Origin: an uncultured Alphaproteobacteria bacterium
GTDB taxonomy: Bacteria > Pseudomonadota > Alphaproteobacteria > HIMB59
NCBI GenBank assembly: GCA_902611415.1
Contig: CACLZM010000004.1
Location: 7,628-71,627, forward strand
Reading direction: 5' to 3'
Length of the DNA stretch: 64,000 nt
Shown: piece by piece, positions 61,670-64,000 of the stretch
How positions within the stretch are numbered: the first letter of the stretch is position 1
Layout: each line of letters opens with the position of its first letter
Made by a program: the position numbers and the translations under genes
The notes under the pieces: model-generated
What the model saw: the letters and a program-made list of their open reading frames with translations, nothing else
What the model was told of the DNA's origin: nothing
Database searches by the model: none

Positions 61670-62751
61670 TAATTCATAAACTCACTTTGAAGTGCCTTAT
61701 CATTTGAACCATCAAAAATTATTTGATTATTATTAAGAGTATCAAATTGAATTTGCTCATTAATATTAACTTGTGTGTCGCTATCAACTCGAATTTTTAT
61801 ATTTCCTAGTTGAGTTTCAATTGTAAGAATTTTTCTTGAACCTAAATATTCAACACCAAAGACATTGCCTTTTACACCATTTTCTGAAACTAATTTTAAA
61901 TTTTCCGGTCTTACACCTAAAAAATTTTCATTGGAATCTGTTCCTTCTTTTTGTTCAGGAATATTTAATGATGAGTCTAATAATTTAATACTTGATTGAC
62001 TAGGAGAAATTTTTTCATTTATTGGTATGAAGTTCATTCCTGGTGATCCAATAAAATTGGCAACAAACTTTGTTTTAGGTTTATTATAAATAACTTTTGG
62101 TGAGTCTGCCTGCAACACCACTCCCTCATTCATTACTGCTATTCGATCAGCCATCGACATTGCCTCTTGTTGATCGTGTGTTACATAAACTGTAGTTGCA
62201 TCAATATCATCGTGAAGTTTTCTTAATTCCAAACACATCAATTCTCTAAATTCTGCATCAAGTGTACCCAAAGGTTCATCCATTAAAAATGCTTTAGGTC
62301 TTCTAACTAGGGCTCTTCCGAGTGCAACACGTTGACGATCACCTCCTGCTAAAGAGGATACTTTTGATTTTAATAAGTGATCAATTCTGAGAAGCTTTGC
62401 GGCTTCCAGAACTTTAGCATCTATTTCGCTTCGTGAGAGCTTTTGCATTTTTAGTGGGAAAGCCAGATTATTTCTTACATTCATGTGTGGATAGAGTGCA
62501 AAAAGCTGAAAAACAAAGGCTATATCTCGCTGAGAGGCCCTTAGATAGCCCACATCTTCCTTATCCAAATATATATTTCCAGAAGTTGGCAGCTCTAAAC
62601 CAGCAATCATTCTCAAAGTGGTAGTTTTTCCACAACCTGAAGGACCGAGTAAAACAAAGAATTCTTTATTTTCAATAATAAGGTTGGAGTTTTTCACTGC
62701 TACGAAATCTCCAAAAGATTTATGTAAATTTTTAATTTCTATTTCTGCCAT
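61669..62751 (-). CDS. Carbohydrate ABC transporter ATP-binding protein
   Basis: GPSGCGKT, LAGGDRQR, MDEPLGTLD; ATG at 62751 (MAEIEIK). Confidence 0.92.
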   Translation of the reverse strand: MAEIEIKNLHKSFGDFVAVKNSNLIIENKEFFVLLGPSGCGKTTTLRMIAGLELPTSGNIYLDKEDVGYLRASQRDIAFVFQLFALYPHMNVRNNLAFPLKMQKLSRSEIDAKVLEAAKLLRIDHLLKSKVSSLAGGDRQRVALGRALVRRPKAFLMDEPLGTLDAEFRELMCLELRKLHDDIDATTVYVTHDQQEAMSMADRIAVMNEGVVLQADSPKVIYNKPKTKFVANFIGSPGMNFIPINEKISPSQSSIKLLDSSLNIPEQKEGTDSNENFLGVRPENLKLVSENGVKGNVFGVEYLGSRKILTIETQLGNIKIRVDSDTQVNINEQIQFDTLNNNQIIFDGSNDKALQSEFMN

Positions 62752-62753
62752 GG

Positions 62754-62945
62754 CTAATCCGGGAAATGACTTGTGATCACAAATCCGATAGTTCCCACCA
62801 AAATAACAATAAAGGAATATGTATACATCCACATAGCAAAAGGCTGCATCAACATAAATACACCCAATAAAATTAAAACAGTTGATGCATTTTCCCAAAT
62901 GGATCTTCTAAAAATTCTTCTTAATAAACTTTTTTTCTCAGCCAT
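62754..62945 (-). CDS. 63-aa two-TM protein within the ABC operon
   Basis: MAEKKSLL...WENASTVLILLGVFMLMQPF...SHFPD; TAATG coupling to the permease. Confidence 0.75.
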   Translation of the reverse strand: MAEKKSLLRRIFRRSIWENASTVLILLGVFMLMQPFAMWMYTYSFIVILVGTIGFVITSHFPD

Positions 62946-63889
62946 TATTTTCTCACCGCTCCAAATGTTATTCCCCTTAGAAGATGCTTTCTCAATACAA
63001 CTGTAAATATCATCACTGGGATTAAAAATAATGTTGTCCCTGCTCCAATAGCAGGCCAATCAAGACCACCCTCTCCTATAATTGTTGGGATAAATGGTGG
63101 TGCAGTTTGGGCATTAAATTGTGTTAGTAAAACAGCAAATGCATATTCATTCCACGAAAATATCATGCAGAAAATTGCTGTTGCTGCAATACCTGTAGTT
63201 GCTTGCGGAAGGACTACTTTAAAAAATGCTTGCATTCTAGAGTAACCATCTATCATCGCAGCCTCCTCATACTCTCTCGGTATCTCGTCCATAAAGCCTT
63301 TTAACAGCCAAACTGACAAACTTAAATTTACAACAGTGTACAGAATAATCATGCCAACATGAGTATCACCGAGACCAAGTTTTCTGTACATAATAAATAT
63401 AGGTACTGCCACTGCTATTGGTGGGAACATTCTCGTAGATAAAATAAAAAATAATAAATCATCTTTCAGTGGGACTTTAAATCTAGAAAGAGCGTAGGCA
63501 GCTAAGGAGCCTAAAAATACCGAAAAGAACGTTGCACCAAATCCAATTATTAAAGAATTGGAATACCTCGGTAAAAATTTTGATGGTCCTGTTATGACCA
63601 TTTCTCTACTGCGAACTAACTCCTCATACCATGTATCTGGTGGTGGAAGAGAGTCCAAATAATCCTTTGGTTGTCTTGATCGATTTGTAAATAAATTCAC
63701 ATAGCCCTCTAAAGATGGTTCAAAAAAGACCTCTGGAGGATAAGAGATGGCACTATCAACACTTTTAAAGCTTGTAGCAACCATCCATGTGATCGGTATA
63801 AGTGTTACAATCATGTAAACGATGATGATAGTAGCAGCTAATTTTCTTGAGAATCCTGTTGCCTCTAGTGGTGATCTTGAAGTGTCCAT
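62945..63889 (-). CDS. Carbohydrate ABC transporter permease (MalG-like)
   Basis: EYEEAAMIDG loop, FSWNEY, GITFGAV. Confidence 0.92.
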   Translation of the reverse strand: MDTSRSPLEATGFSRKLAATIIIVYMIVTLIPITWMVATSFKSVDSAISYPPEVFFEPSLEGYVNLFTNRSRQPKDYLDSLPPPDTWYEELVRSREMVITGPSKFLPRYSNSLIIGFGATFFSVFLGSLAAYALSRFKVPLKDDLLFFILSTRMFPPIAVAVPIFIMYRKLGLGDTHVGMIILYTVVNLSLSVWLLKGFMDEIPREYEEAAMIDGYSRMQAFFKVVLPQATTGIAATAIFCMIFSWNEYAFAVLLTQFNAQTAPPFIPTIIGEGGLDWPAIGAGTTLFLIPVMIFTVVLRKHLLRGITFGAVRK

Positions 63890-64000
63890 TATCGCTCTTT
63901 AATTTTGTTCATAACTTTTACATACACATTTCCAAAGCCGAATATGGTGACAAATAATATTACAGCAAAAGCAGAACTGTAACCTGTTTTCCATTTTTCA
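63889..64000 (-). CDS. Carbohydrate ABC permease (MalF-like), C-terminal fragment at window edge
   Basis: ...EKWKTGYSSAFAVILFVTIFGFGNVYVKVMNKIKER*; TAATG coupling to the next permease. Confidence 0.75.
   Translation of the reverse strand, partial: EKWKTGYSSAFAVILFVTIFGFGNVYVKVMNKIKER

Noticed and set aside
62752-63059. Extended starts for the ATPase (62898) and small protein (63059)
   Set aside because: They overlap neighbouring genes; coupled ATGs at 62751 and 62945 fit better.

Overview
Very AT-rich, streamlined alphaproteobacterial chromosome segment. Composition, overlapping genes and gene content suggest a marine SAR11/HIMB59-like organism (inference only). Bases 1-54000 are dense core genome: a partial, unusually short smc; the F0 ATP synthase operon; thrB/thrC; the aa3 cytochrome c oxidase operon; ubiA-msbA-lipid A genes; xseA/purD; pgi; ileS-lspA-ribF; tRNA-Leu; mntR with a palindromic operator and a putative Mn transporter; argH-lysA; hisC-tyrA; SAM-II riboswitch-metX-metW; gloB and ung. 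Bases ~54000-59000 are an accessory islet of small unknown ORFs around tRNA-Ala(GGC). It contains a 300-bp AT-rich non-coding block with paired palindromes upstream of a four-gene ORFan cluster, the best candidate for an undescribed system. Bases 59000-64000 hold a polyol/sugar ABC transporter operon ending in dhaL-dhaK with no adjacent dhaM. I found three small ORFs below the ORF-track cutoff, a frameshifted esterase and two head-to-head gene pairs with no promoter space. No CRISPR array, rRNA, integrase or transposase was recognised.
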